DNA of 64,000 nucleotides. Source: an uncultured Candidatus Sumerlaeota bacterium. GTDB lineage: Bacteria; Sumerlaeota; Sumerlaeia; UBA8349. Numbering within the stretch: position 1 is the first letter of the stretch; the number at the start of each line of letters is the position of its first letter. The stretch spans positions 4,194,973 to 4,258,972 of the forward strand of contig OW818685.1 in NCBI GenBank assembly GCA_942493245.1. Reading direction: 5' to 3'. Of this stretch, positions 48,456 through 57,826 are shown piece by piece. The notes beneath the pieces are model-generated. The model was not told the origin of the DNA, searched no databases, and saw nothing but the letters and a program-made list of their open reading frames with translations. The position numbers and the translations under genes were made by a program.

Positions 48456-49823
48456 ATGAGAAGAATTCAGGGGCAAACGCTTCTGAATCCTCTCATCGCT
48501 CAAACACATGAAAATGGTGGCTCCATGTCCATCAGCGAACGCATTTCTCCGGACGGTCTGGAAACAGGCGCCCCTTCTCACCAGCAGCGCGTCATTGACA
48601 CGCTGCACCGGGTCACGACTTTCATGAACGAGGTCACCGACCTCAGACGCCTTCTCACGCACATCATGGAAGAATCCAAAACGGCCATGGACTCGGAAGC
48701 CAGTTCCTGCATGCTCTATGATGACGCCACCGATGAACTCTATTTCGAGGTGGCGCTGGGCGAAAAAGGCGACGAGGTCAAGTCCATCCGGCTCAAACGC
48801 GGACAGGGGATCGGGGGCACCTGTCTGGCCGAAGCGCGCACGCTGATCGTCAACGACGCGCAAAGCGACGACCGCCACGACCGCCGCGCCGACCTGAAGG
48901 CAACTTTTATCACCCGCAACCTGGTGGCCACTCCCATGCGCTGTTATGGCAAGATTATCGGCGTACTCGAGGTTCTCAACAAACGAGGCAATGAGTCCTT
49001 CAATTCCGAGGATGTGAAGATTCTCGAGGTCATCGCCGATCAGGCCGGAATGGCCATCACCAACGCCCGTCTGGTCGAGCTCAGCATCCAGCGCGAGCGG
49101 CTGGCCGCCGTGGGATTTGCCGTCAGCGGCATCGCCCACCATCTCAAGAACATTATTCTGGGAATCAAGGCGCCGCTGGGGCTGATCCGGATGGGATATC
49201 AGGGACAGAATTCGAAACTGGTGGCCGAGGCGCTCCCGATCATCGAACGAGCCTCCTCGCGCATGGAACAATCGGTGCGCGAAATGCTGGCCTACAGCAA
49301 AGATCGGAAACCCGAACTGCAGAAGGGAAATCTCAATTCTTTTGTCCGCGACGTGGTCGAGGAAACCACCGACCGCGCCGCGGAAAAAGGGATTCTGGTC
49401 CTGACCGACCTCGACGAACGCATCCAGAACTCAGGGCTCGACACCCTTCGGCTCCACGACGCCGTGCTCAATCTGATCGGTAACGCCATCGAGGCGCACC
49501 GCGAGGAGGAAGCGGGGCGTTATGTCAAAGTGCGAACCCTGCTGGGGCAGAACAACACGGTCCATATCCTCGAGGTGGAGGACAATGGCCCCGGGATTCC
49601 ACCGGATATTCTCAAGAACATCTTCGAACCGTTCTTCAGCACCAAGGGATCGAAGGGCACCGGTCTGGGCCTGGCGATCGCCCGCAAGGTGGCCGAAGAG
49701 AACGGCGGTTCACTGACCGCCCGCAGCCAGATCGGGGCGGGCGCCACTTTTACTTTCCGCCTGCCGATTGTTGAAGCGCCTGCCGTTTTTCTCTTCCAGG
49801 ACACCGACGTTGTCGAACTATAG
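48456..49823 (+). CDS. GAF-domain sensor histidine kinase (soluble)
   Basis: GAF region, H-box SGIAHHLKN, and HATPase with N/G1/G2 boxes (NLIGNAIEA, EDNGPGI, GTGLGLAI). Confidence 0.75.
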   Translation: MRRIQGQTLLNPLIAQTHENGGSMSISERISPDGLETGAPSHQQRVIDTLHRVTTFMNEVTDLRRLLTHIMEESKTAMDSEASSCMLYDDATDELYFEVALGEKGDEVKSIRLKRGQGIGGTCLAEARTLIVNDAQSDDRHDRRADLKATFITRNLVATPMRCYGKIIGVLEVLNKRGNESFNSEDVKILEVIADQAGMAITNARLVELSIQRERLAAVGFAVSGIAHHLKNIILGIKAPLGLIRMGYQGQNSKLVAEALPIIERASSRMEQSVREMLAYSKDRKPELQKGNLNSFVRDVVEETTDRAAEKGILVLTDLDERIQNSGLDTLRLHDAVLNLIGNAIEAHREEEAGRYVKVRTLLGQNNTVHILEVEDNGPGIPPDILKNIFEPFFSTKGSKGTGLGLAIARKVAEENGGSLTARSQIGAGATFTFRLPIVEAPAVFLFQDTDVVEL

Positions 49824-49919
49824 GCAAAATCCGTTGAATAGGGTTGACTCGCAGAGAGGTCTGACATAAACTGACCTCGTTCCATTATTTACACCCTATT
49901 TCTTTTCAGGAGGTGGCCT

Positions 49920-50321
49920 ATGCGTTTGTTTGCGAGGTTTTCGTCTTGTTTGCTGTTGGTGGGGCTGGTGCTGGCGACCGGATGTACGTCGCTCAACACC
50001 TCGAAGTCGTTCCGGGATCTGCCCTTGGAAAAAGGGAAACAGAACGTCTGTCATCTGAACGGCACGGTTTCGGGTCTCTATTTCCTCGGCAAGGTGCCGC
50101 TGATCACGGGCAACACGGACAAACCCGGCAGCTGGATGCCCGTGTTCGGCAAGGACACGGTGTCGCTGAACGAAGCGACCGACATGCTGGCGGGCACGGC
50201 CAAGGAAGGGGGCGCGACGGAACTGGACAGCCTGGTTTCGTCGAGCGGCAAAATGTGGATCATGCCAACCTTTGTTCTGTTCTGGAAGACGCAGAAGGTT
50301 TCGGTCAGCGCGGTAAAGTGA
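49920..50321 (+). CDS. Hypothetical lipoprotein
   Basis: Signal peptide with lipobox LATGC. 133 aa. Confidence 0.5.
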   Translation: MRLFARFSSCLLLVGLVLATGCTSLNTSKSFRDLPLEKGKQNVCHLNGTVSGLYFLGKVPLITGNTDKPGSWMPVFGKDTVSLNEATDMLAGTAKEGGATELDSLVSSSGKMWIMPTFVLFWKTQKVSVSAVK

Positions 50322-50631
50322 GGTATTCGAGTTTCCTGAAATTCTGGAAAGAGGAATCTTTTCTGTGAGGATGGATTTCGATATCCCGGATTCGGAAGGG
50401 ATTGATTACCCTCCGAATCCGGGATTCGACTTTTTGCCTGAGAATCGCATCCTCTGCACAGATGGTGGTGCGGGAAAAGCCGAGGTCCTCTCGGAGCGAA
50501 GTGACTCAATATATCAAAGGGAATTGAACCCGATTTTTCTTTATTCGCAATACGAAGAGAAAAGGTCCTGTTCCCGTTTTCAGTGGCGGTTTCGCGGATG
50601 AAAGGGTAAGATATCGTATATTGAAGTCCTT

Positions 50632-51864
50632 GTGACGGAGGGTACGAAAATGAGGTGGATATCTTTCCGGATGATAAAAGTCGTTTGGATTGCCGGGGTT
50701 TTCGCTCTCGGCTGTTCGGTGGGAGGTACTGCCGCAGCCAAATCCACCCTGGGCGCGGAAATCGTGATCGGGTGGAATGACTTGGGGATGCACTGCATGA
50801 ATCGGACCTATCAGTCTTTTTGCGTCCTGCCTCCCTATAACAATCTGAACGCCCAGGTGGTGTTGCGGGGGAGCCCGCCACAATTGCTCACCCAAGGGGT
50901 CACTCTGAACTACAGCTTTACCAACAACACGACCAGCGCCAACAAGATCAATTTCTGGGATCATGCCCAGAGTCTTTTCAAGGTGACGCTGGCGCCCAAT
51001 GTCGGTCTGGCCGGAAAAGGCCTGACCGGCACGCTGGATTACAATGCGGCGCTTGGAGTCTTCGAGGCGCCCGGCGTGCCGCTCACTCCGTTTGAGGACA
51101 CCGCCCCGACTGTGGAGAGCCCCTACCAGCTCGCCAATGTCACGCTCACCAGTGGTCAGACGTTGATGGACCAAACCACCTTCGTGGCCCCCGTCTCGGT
51201 GGAAATGCACTGCGACCAGTGCCATATGGCATCGGATGGCAAAACGGTCGAGCAGGTGATTCTGGCGTTGCACGATGATAAGGAGGGGACAAATCTGAGC
51301 GGCAATCAACCGGTTCTGTGCGCCAAGTGTCACTCCTCGAATGCGCTTGGAACCCCCGGACAAGCCGGTCTCCCCAGTTTGTCGTTGGCGATTCACGATC
51401 TCCATGCCGACGAACGGCCCAATACGGACTGTTATGCGTGTCACCCGGGTTCCCAGACGCAATGTCTGCGGGATGTGATGTACAGCGCCGGGTTGCGGTG
51501 CAAGGATTGTCACGGCGATTTGCCCGCGATGGCGCTGGCGCTCAAGAACGGTCGGAAGCCGTGGATCGAGGAACCGAAGTGCTCCTCCTGCCATACCGCC
51601 GAATACGCAGAGGAAACGGGAAAACTCTACCGTCACAGTTTTGGACATGGCGGTCTGGCCTGTGCAGCCTGCCACAACAGTCCCCATGCGATTCTGCCGA
51701 CCGTCCAACCCAAAGACTCGCTTCAGGTCATGCGGCTTCAGAACAGTGGGGGGCCTCTGGGGAAATGTTCGGTGTGTCACACCAAGCGCCCCACGGCGCC
51801 GGGACCGCATGGACTGATCGCGCCGCCGGACCCACTGGCGCCTCCTGAAATTTTGATCTATTGA
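50632..51864 (+). CDS. Multihaem c-type cytochrome lipoprotein (7 CxxCH motifs)
   Basis: Lipobox ALGCS. CDQCH, CAKCH, CYACH, CKDCH, CSSCH, CAACH and CSVCH give seven haem-binding sites. The start may be MRW at 50650. Confidence 0.7.
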   Translation: MTEGTKMRWISFRMIKVVWIAGVFALGCSVGGTAAAKSTLGAEIVIGWNDLGMHCMNRTYQSFCVLPPYNNLNAQVVLRGSPPQLLTQGVTLNYSFTNNTTSANKINFWDHAQSLFKVTLAPNVGLAGKGLTGTLDYNAALGVFEAPGVPLTPFEDTAPTVESPYQLANVTLTSGQTLMDQTTFVAPVSVEMHCDQCHMASDGKTVEQVILALHDDKEGTNLSGNQPVLCAKCHSSNALGTPGQAGLPSLSLAIHDLHADERPNTDCYACHPGSQTQCLRDVMYSAGLRCKDCHGDLPAMALALKNGRKPWIEEPKCSSCHTAEYAEETGKLYRHSFGHGGLACAACHNSPHAILPTVQPKDSLQVMRLQNSGGPLGKCSVCHTKRPTAPGPHGLIAPPDPLAPPEILIY

Positions 51865-52193
51865 CCGGCCCAAGTAAACCCATGAGGGTATTCGGAGACA
51901 AAACCGGATTGATCCCAGATGACAAATCGCGGAATGAAAAAATAGAAAAGGGCTTGGGGTTGCGTTCTTGAACTCGATTTGACAAAGTAACAGGTGGTTT
52001 CCGGGGGCTTCTCAAGCGAGAAGCCCCCGGTCACATGCCAGAACGTTTTTGTCGGAACACCCGGAAAACCAATTGCGCCAGCGGGGACGCCGGCGGTACA
52101 AAACCACTGGGCCGACGGGGACTTCGGCGGTACGAAACTGCAGGGCGATAGAGACACCGGTCGCGGTACTTTATGGAAGGGTCGGAACAAAAG

Positions 52194-55100
52194 ATGCCGA
52201 ATTGGACTCCCCAACAGAGCCTGGCGATCGCGCAATCGGGTTGCGACCTGCTGGTGTCGGCCAGCGCGGGCACGGGCAAAACGGCCGTGTTGACCGAGCG
52301 CATTGTGCGCCTGGCCGTGGAGGGTTCCAGCCCCGTGGACCTGGACCGTTTTCTGGTGGTGACCTTCACGGATGCGGCGGCGCTCGAGATGCGCGAACGC
52401 ATCGCCGCCGCCCTGCGCGAGCGTCTGGCCCGGGAACCGGGAAACGACCGGGTGCGGCGTCAGTGCCTGGTGGTGGAGAAGGCGCAGATTTCGACCCTGC
52501 ACAGCTTTTGCGCATCGCTGTTACGTCAGCATTTTCATGTGCTGGGACTCGACCCGGAGTTCACAACGCTGGACGGAATGGAAGCCAAGGCGCTGGCGGG
52601 CGGGGTGGCGCAGGATTTGTTCGACGCCCGGCTCGAAAAACTCGAACCGGTTTTCACTCGCTGGCTCGATACATTCGGCGCGGCCAACCCCGAGTCGGAA
52701 GCCCGGCAGGTGGTGTTGCGGGTCCACGGATTCTTGAGGAAACTCGACGACCCGGAGGTATGGACCCGGAAGGTCCGGGACGAGTATCCGTTGAGACCGG
52801 ATGGGGAAGGGGCGCTCCTGCCGTTGGAAAAATGCGCCTGGTTCCAGGAGTGGAACCGGACGTTTCGGGAGGAAATGGACGGGACGGTCCACGGTATCGC
52901 GGCTCTGCGCGGGGAAGCCCGGTGTACCGACGTGAAACTGGCGAAGTGGATCGAGGAGTTTTTGCCTCTTCTGGAATCGGCGCAGGGGAAATGCCGGGAC
53001 GGCCAGTGGAACGAAGCGGTTCAGGAAGTTCGGGAAATCAAAATTCCCACTCTGAGGGGGACCAGTAACGCGGACGAAGCGGCTCAGAGGTTGAAGGAGC
53101 GTCTGAAGGATTTTCGGGACCGTTTCAAGAAGCGTTTGAAGGACAAAATGGCGGCCGTCGGGTTGGAGGAAATGCAGGCGCTGCACGCCGCGTCGGCCTG
53201 GCAGGTCCACCTCCTGCTCGATCTGGCGTGGGAGTTCGACCGGCTCTATGAAGCGGCCAAGCGCCAGCGCGGCGCGGTGGATTTCGACGATCTCGAGCAG
53301 CTGGCGCTGCGCTTGTTGCGGGGGGATAGGGACGCCCCCAGCAAGGCGGCGCAGTTGTGTCAGGAACAGTATGAATACGTACTGGTGGACGAGTACCAGG
53401 ACATCAACCCCGTTCAGGAGAGAATCCTGAGTCTGGTCTCGCGTCTGCACGATCCGAAACGTCCCAACAACCGCTTCGCCGTGGGCGATGTGAAACAGAG
53501 CATCTATGCGTTCCGTCTGGCCGCGCCCGACATCTTTCTGGGGAAATACGACGCATTCCAGCCGCTTGAACCGGTGGGCGATTTGTCATCTGTTTCGTTC
53601 AGCGGCGCGGTGGACGCGTCTGGCCGGGTGGACCTGACACACAACTTCCGCAGCCGCCCGGAAGCGCTCGACTTTGTGAACTTCGTGTTCGAACGCCTGA
53701 TGGCGCGTGAGACGGCGGGGTTGGACTACGGACCGGGAGCCGCGCTCGAATCGGGGGGCGTGTATGGAGATGTCTCCGATTCGGACGCCCATCCTCGGGT
53801 GGAATTGTGTCTCCTCGAAAAACCCGAGATCCAGACCACCGACGATGGGGTGGAACCGATTGAAGAGGCCTCGGAGACGGAAGAAACGGATTCCGGCGGT
53901 GAGGACGAGAACTCCGGGGTGGACGAGGGCGAGGATCTGGAAGGAGCCGAGTGCGAGGCGTTTTTTGTGGGGCGGCGTATTCGCGAGATGGTCGAAGGAC
54001 CGGAACCCGTCCAGGTCGCCGAACGCCGGGCGGATGGGACGCTGGGCGCCCGCCCAGCGCGTTTCCGCGACGTGGCGGTGCTGCTGCGCTCGCTGAGCGG
54101 CGTGGTGGACATCTACCTGCGGGTGTTTAAGCAAATGGGGATTCCCGTGTTCACCGAGGCGGGTTCCGGATTCCTCCAGGCGCAGGAAGTGCGCGATGTG
54201 CTGAACCTGCTGCGGGTGATTGACAACCCGCGCCAGGATATTCCGCTGGCGGCGCTGTTGGGGTCGCCGTTCGAGGGGTGGACCGAAAGCGAGTTGCTGG
54301 CGGTTCGCCTGAACGGACCGCAGGGCGATTTCTACGAGGCGGTGGCCGCGACGGCTCAGACAGAGTCGGAACTGGGGCGCAAGGCGGCGGATTTCCTGTC
54401 GCGACTGGACGAGTGGCGCACCCGCGCGCGGCGGGGGCCGCTGGCCGATCTGCTGAGCGCGTTGTACGAGGAGTCGGGGTACCCCGCGTGCGTTCTGGCG
54501 ATGGAGAACGGGACGCTGCGCCGGGCGAATCTCGAGCGCCTCTACGACTTGGCGCGCAAGTCCGACTCGTTTGCGCGTCAGGGTCTGAGCCGTTTTCTGG
54601 AGTTCCTCGATCAGATTCAGGACGCGAAAGAGGATTATGACGAAGCCGCCGTTCAGGGTGCCGCCGAGGATGTGGTGCGCATCATGACGGTCCACAAGAG
54701 CAAGGGCCTCGAGTTCCCGATCGTCTTCGTGTCAAATCTGTCCCGGAAATTCAACACGATGGATTTCCGGGGAAGCCTGACTCTGGACCGCAGACGGGGC
54801 CTGGGCGTGTCGGTGGTGGACGTGGACCGGGGCGCGCATTACACTTCACCCGCGCAGGAGTTCATCTGGAACGGCAAGAAGAAACAGGCGCTGGCCGAGG
54901 AGATGCGGGTGCTCTATGTGGCGCTGACCCGTGCGCGCGAGCGATTGGTCTTGAGTGGCACGGTGGCCGACCTGGAAAAAACGCGCGAGCGGTGGCAAAC
55001 GCTGGCCGATGGCGCGCGCGGAGACGAATCGAGGCCGGGCCTGAAACGCCTCGCAGCGCACCAGATGAACGTGGCCGCGCCGGGCGGGGCGATGGACTGG

Positions 55101-56048
55101 ATCGGCGCGGCGCTGGCGTTGAATCCCGAAGTCTGGTGTCTTCACCCCGCCATTCCCAAACCGGGAGGGACACTCCTTTCCCTGCGGCAGGTGGACAAGC
55201 GGGAAACCGGGGTGTGGCGGTTGCAGAGTGGCGCCAGAAGCGCCGGGGACGGAAGCGGTGCGGACGCGCGCGAAGGAAGAGATGGGGAGTCGGCGGAACA
55301 GGCCGCTCGATCGGCGATGGACCGGATCGAGTGGGCCTACCCGCACGCGTGCCTGACGCACGTGCCCGCGCGCATGACGACGTCGGAGCTGAAGCGGCGG
55401 ATGGAGTCGGTCGAGGCGGACTCGGGCGAACGGCTGACGCGGGTGGTGCGGCCCTTCGAGGGGTTGCGCAATCCATTCGCCGAGCCGGAGGCTGGGGCGT
55501 CTCAGTCCTCCGGCGGCACCGAACGGGGGCTTGTCACCCACCTGGTTCTACAGCATGTGAATCTTCTGGAAAAATTGGATTACGCCGGAGTCTCGGCCCA
55601 GGTGGACCGCCTGATGGACCGGGGGCTGTTGACCGAAACGCAACGCGAGTGGGTGGATCTGGCGGCGGTGGCGGGTTTCTTCGAGTCCGCGCTGGGGCGG
55701 CGCGTCCTGGCGCAGCCGTTGGACCGGGTCTGGCGCGAGGCGCCGTTCGTCTTGGGACTGTCCCCGTCGGAGGCCGGATTGCCCGACATGGCCGGGTACG
55801 ACGAGACGGAACGCATCCGGGTGCAGGGGGTGTTCGACTGTCTGGTCGAGGAGGAAGACGGGTTTCTATTGATTGATTACAAGACGGACCGCATCCCGCC
55901 GGAGGCGGTGTCAGCGCGGGTGGCGCATTACCGTCCCCAGATCCGGTTGTACGCCCGCGCGGTCGCGGCGATTTACCCGAAACCGTTAAAAGAGGGACTC
56001 CTTTATTTTCTTCACCTGGGCGCCGCCGTCCCAGTCTGGCCGGAGTAG
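52194..56048 (+). CDS. AddA-like ATP-dependent helicase/nuclease (UvrD/PcrA-type SF1 helicase with a C-terminal PD-(D/E)xK RecB-family nuclease)
   Basis: MPNWTPQQSLAIAQSGCDLLVSASAGTGKT (AddA-type N-terminus and Walker A), ...VDEYQD... and a C-terminal ...VQGVFDCLVEEEDGFLLIDYKTD... nuclease motif. An acidic low-complexity insert lies near residue 560. Confidence 0.7.
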   Translation: MPNWTPQQSLAIAQSGCDLLVSASAGTGKTAVLTERIVRLAVEGSSPVDLDRFLVVTFTDAAALEMRERIAAALRERLAREPGNDRVRRQCLVVEKAQISTLHSFCASLLRQHFHVLGLDPEFTTLDGMEAKALAGGVAQDLFDARLEKLEPVFTRWLDTFGAANPESEARQVVLRVHGFLRKLDDPEVWTRKVRDEYPLRPDGEGALLPLEKCAWFQEWNRTFREEMDGTVHGIAALRGEARCTDVKLAKWIEEFLPLLESAQGKCRDGQWNEAVQEVREIKIPTLRGTSNADEAAQRLKERLKDFRDRFKKRLKDKMAAVGLEEMQALHAASAWQVHLLLDLAWEFDRLYEAAKRQRGAVDFDDLEQLALRLLRGDRDAPSKAAQLCQEQYEYVLVDEYQDINPVQERILSLVSRLHDPKRPNNRFAVGDVKQSIYAFRLAAPDIFLGKYDAFQPLEPVGDLSSVSFSGAVDASGRVDLTHNFRSRPEALDFVNFVFERLMARETAGLDYGPGAALESGGVYGDVSDSDAHPRVELCLLEKPEIQTTDDGVEPIEEASETEETDSGGEDENSGVDEGEDLEGAECEAFFVGRRIREMVEGPEPVQVAERRADGTLGARPARFRDVAVLLRSLSGVVDIYLRVFKQMGIPVFTEAGSGFLQAQEVRDVLNLLRVIDNPRQDIPLAALLGSPFEGWTESELLAVRLNGPQGDFYEAVAATAQTESELGRKAADFLSRLDEWRTRARRGPLADLLSALYEESGYPACVLAMENGTLRRANLERLYDLARKSDSFARQGLSRFLEFLDQIQDAKEDYDEAAVQGAAEDVVRIMTVHKSKGLEFPIVFVSNLSRKFNTMDFRGSLTLDRRRGLGVSVVDVDRGAHYTSPAQEFIWNGKKKQALAEEMRVLYVALTRARERLVLSGTVADLEKTRERWQTLADGARGDESRPGLKRLAAHQMNVAAPGGAMDWIGAALALNPEVWCLHPAIPKPGGTLLSLRQVDKRETGVWRLQSGARSAGDGSGADAREGRDGESAEQAARSAMDRIEWAYPHACLTHVPARMTTSELKRRMESVEADSGERLTRVVRPFEGLRNPFAEPEAGASQSSGGTERGLVTHLVLQHVNLLEKLDYAGVSAQVDRLMDRGLLTETQREWVDLAAVAGFFESALGRRVLAQPLDRVWREAPFVLGLSPSEAGLPDMAGYDETERIRVQGVFDCLVEEEDGFLLIDYKTDRIPPEAVSARVAHYRPQIRLYARAVAAIYPKPLKEGLLYFLHLGAAVPVWPE

Positions 56049-56084
56049 GGACGGGTTGTCTCATCGGGTGAGAGTTTGTCTGGA

Positions 56085-56335
56085 GAAGTACCACGAAATT
56101 CCTGGCGCAGCGAAGCCACAACCAAAAGAAAGAACCGCGAAAGACGCGAAAAGCGCGAAAACTGACTTTTTCGTGTCTTTCGCGCTTTTCGCGGTTGAAT
56201 AAGGAGGTTCCGTTGTGCTTGAGATCGTCGTGGCTTGCGTTGATTCTACGAGATAGTGGTACGGAACAGACGAAAACCGCATTCTTCCGTCTGTTCCGTG
56301 TATTCCGTGGTTGAATAAGGCGGTTTCGGTATCCT
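56085..56335. repeat. MITE-like element family R2, copy 3 (diverged: CCTGGCGCAGCGAAGCCACAACC...CGCGAAAGACGCGAAAAGCGCGAAAAC with internal inverted and direct repeats)
   Basis: Shares the CCTGGCGCAGC(A/G)AAGCC arm start with copies 1 and 2. Internal palindrome cgcgaaagacgcgaaaagcgcg / cgtgtctttcgcgcttttcgcg. A 25-bp direct repeat ttgaataagg(a/c)ggtt(c/t)cg(t/g)t recurs. Confidence 0.5.
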
Positions 56336-56430
56336 GTTGATTGCAACCGGGCAGGAAACCCGTTCCTGCACCGATGGGGGATGGGAAAGGGGGTCGGTGA
56401 GGGACGACATCCGTCCTTTTCGTTCTCCTG

Positions 56431-56458
56431 AGTTCCCGTTTTCGCGGGGATGACGAAA
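56431..56458. repeat. REP-like hairpin, third copy (ttcccgttttcgcggggatgacg)
   Basis: Matches the 29059-29084 copy with one mismatch. Confidence 0.5.
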
Positions 56459-56854
56459 AGTTTGCCTGTTTTTCCCGATCTCTCCAGACCGTTTTCAGAT
56501 GTGGTTTTCCTTTCTTACTTTTTCGACGTAGCAATCGCGTTGACCCGCCTCGGGTTAGGTTTGGGGCGATTTTCCGCCTCCCGAATCCGTGTCTTCGGTC
56601 CTCTTCTGGCACTTTCCATGCGCCGTATAGTCCAACCCGGTTTCACCGGGAAAAATTTGCCGTCGGGTAAATCCTCGCCGTTGCGTCTTCGGGCGGCAGA
56701 GTCTGCCGGGGGCATTCAGGAGGTTCGTATCCCAGCCCTTCCCGTTTCCGGGGGAGGTGGTACGGGTTTCTCGGCTGTGATCCACTTTTCCCGGTCCTGA
56801 TTCTTCCTGCGCCGGGGATCGAACACCCGTTTCGTTCAAAGGAGGTTCCGTTTC

Positions 56855-57382
56855 ATGAGCGCTCAGATTCAAGCGGCGCAAGCCGCGCTCAGCAACCCCG
56901 CCGTGCGCCAGCTCACCTCGCGGCTGCTCGGGGGCGTCCTCTCCGGGGGAGGCATTGCGGGGACAGCCCAGACGCAACAGGCCGCTCCCGCACTCCAGGC
57001 CCAGGGGTCCAGTTTCGCGGGGTTGCTTCAGACGGCGGTGCAATCGGTCATGCAGCTCACGTTCGGCGCGCCACAGGCGGTGCTGGCTCAACCACCCGCA
57101 ACACCTGCCACGAGTACGTCAACGGTTTCGAACAGCCCTTCCACGTCCAGTTCAGCCGCCGACCTGGCAAAGAAGCAGGAACTTCTGCAGCGGGTGATCC
57201 GGGACATCCTCAGCGGGAAGGACTTGCAGACATCGTCCTATACCGCCGAAGAACAGAAGTTGATCCAGCGCGTCCAGGCGTTTTTCGATCAGTACCCCTC
57301 CCTCAAGCAGTATGCCGAAGGGGCCGACTCCGACAAACTGGCGGCCGAACTGGCCCGTGTGTTTCAAGCGGTGGGGATTTGA
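56855..57382 (+). CDS. Hypothetical protein (Ala/Gln/Ser-rich, low complexity)
   Basis: Strong RBS aaggagg 8 nt upstream of the ATG. 175 aa. Confidence 0.45.
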   Translation: MSAQIQAAQAALSNPAVRQLTSRLLGGVLSGGGIAGTAQTQQAAPALQAQGSSFAGLLQTAVQSVMQLTFGAPQAVLAQPPATPATSTSTVSNSPSTSSSAADLAKKQELLQRVIRDILSGKDLQTSSYTAEEQKLIQRVQAFFDQYPSLKQYAEGADSDKLAAELARVFQAVGI

Positions 57383-57544
57383 CCGGGGATCATAACGACA
57401 GGAAAGTGTGAACAACAGAAAGCAAAGGCGCAGGAACACAATGAGAAAGTTGTGTCCCTGCGACCTGGTGTTGAATCGGTTCGTAATTATAGCATTCTCA
57501 AAAATAATGCCCAAAAGGATTGTTGAAATCCAGAAGGGATTCCC

Positions 57545-57745
57545 CTTGAGTAGCCGTAGGTGACCGAAGGGAACCTACGGAATATGTCCCCACAATATTC
57601 CAACCCCGAAGGGGTTCCCCAATCCGGCCTGTAAATGCTTTGTTGGGGCACCCCTTCAGGGTGCAGAATTTACTATCTCTTTTCCGTGGGTTCCCTTCGG
57701 TCACCCACGGCTACTAATGGGAAGGCCCCTCCGGGGCCAATTATT
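57545..57745. repeat. Structured inverted-repeat element. Two 30-bp arms, each itself a CCGT(A/G)GG-N13-CC(T/C)ACGG hairpin, flank about 100 nt containing further perfect hairpins.
   Basis: Arm A tagccgtaggtgaccgaagggaacctacgg. The reverse complement of arm A' is tagccgtgggtgaccgaagggaacccacgg (28/30, the two changes are compensatory in the hairpin). Inner hairpins aacccc-gaa-ggggtt, gcaccc-cttca-gggtgc and ggcccc-tcc-ggggcc. Confidence 0.5.
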
Positions 57746-57826
57746 CGCACATCATTTGGACAAAACTTTTGAGAAACGTTATATCAATTGCCCCTTGTCA
57801 ATTATCCATGATCCATTTCCCCGGCC

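Noticed and set aside
50365-50601. 78-aa ORF in the AT-rich leader upstream of the multihaem cytochrome gene
   Set aside because: No RBS or homology. It spans a perfect hairpin (cccggattcggaaggg / ccctccgaatccggg) that is more plausibly a terminator or regulatory structure for the lipoprotein gene.
52049-53068. 339-aa plus-strand ORF (and other 100-300-aa ORFs overlapping addA, e.g. 53586..54695 -, 54846..55541 -)
   Set aside because: These are alternative-frame or antisense ORFs within the AddA-like gene. Gly/Arg/Pro-rich.
56450-56800. 116-aa ORF in the long intergenic region after addA
   Set aside because: It overlaps REP-like and MITE-like repeats, with no RBS and low-complexity translation.
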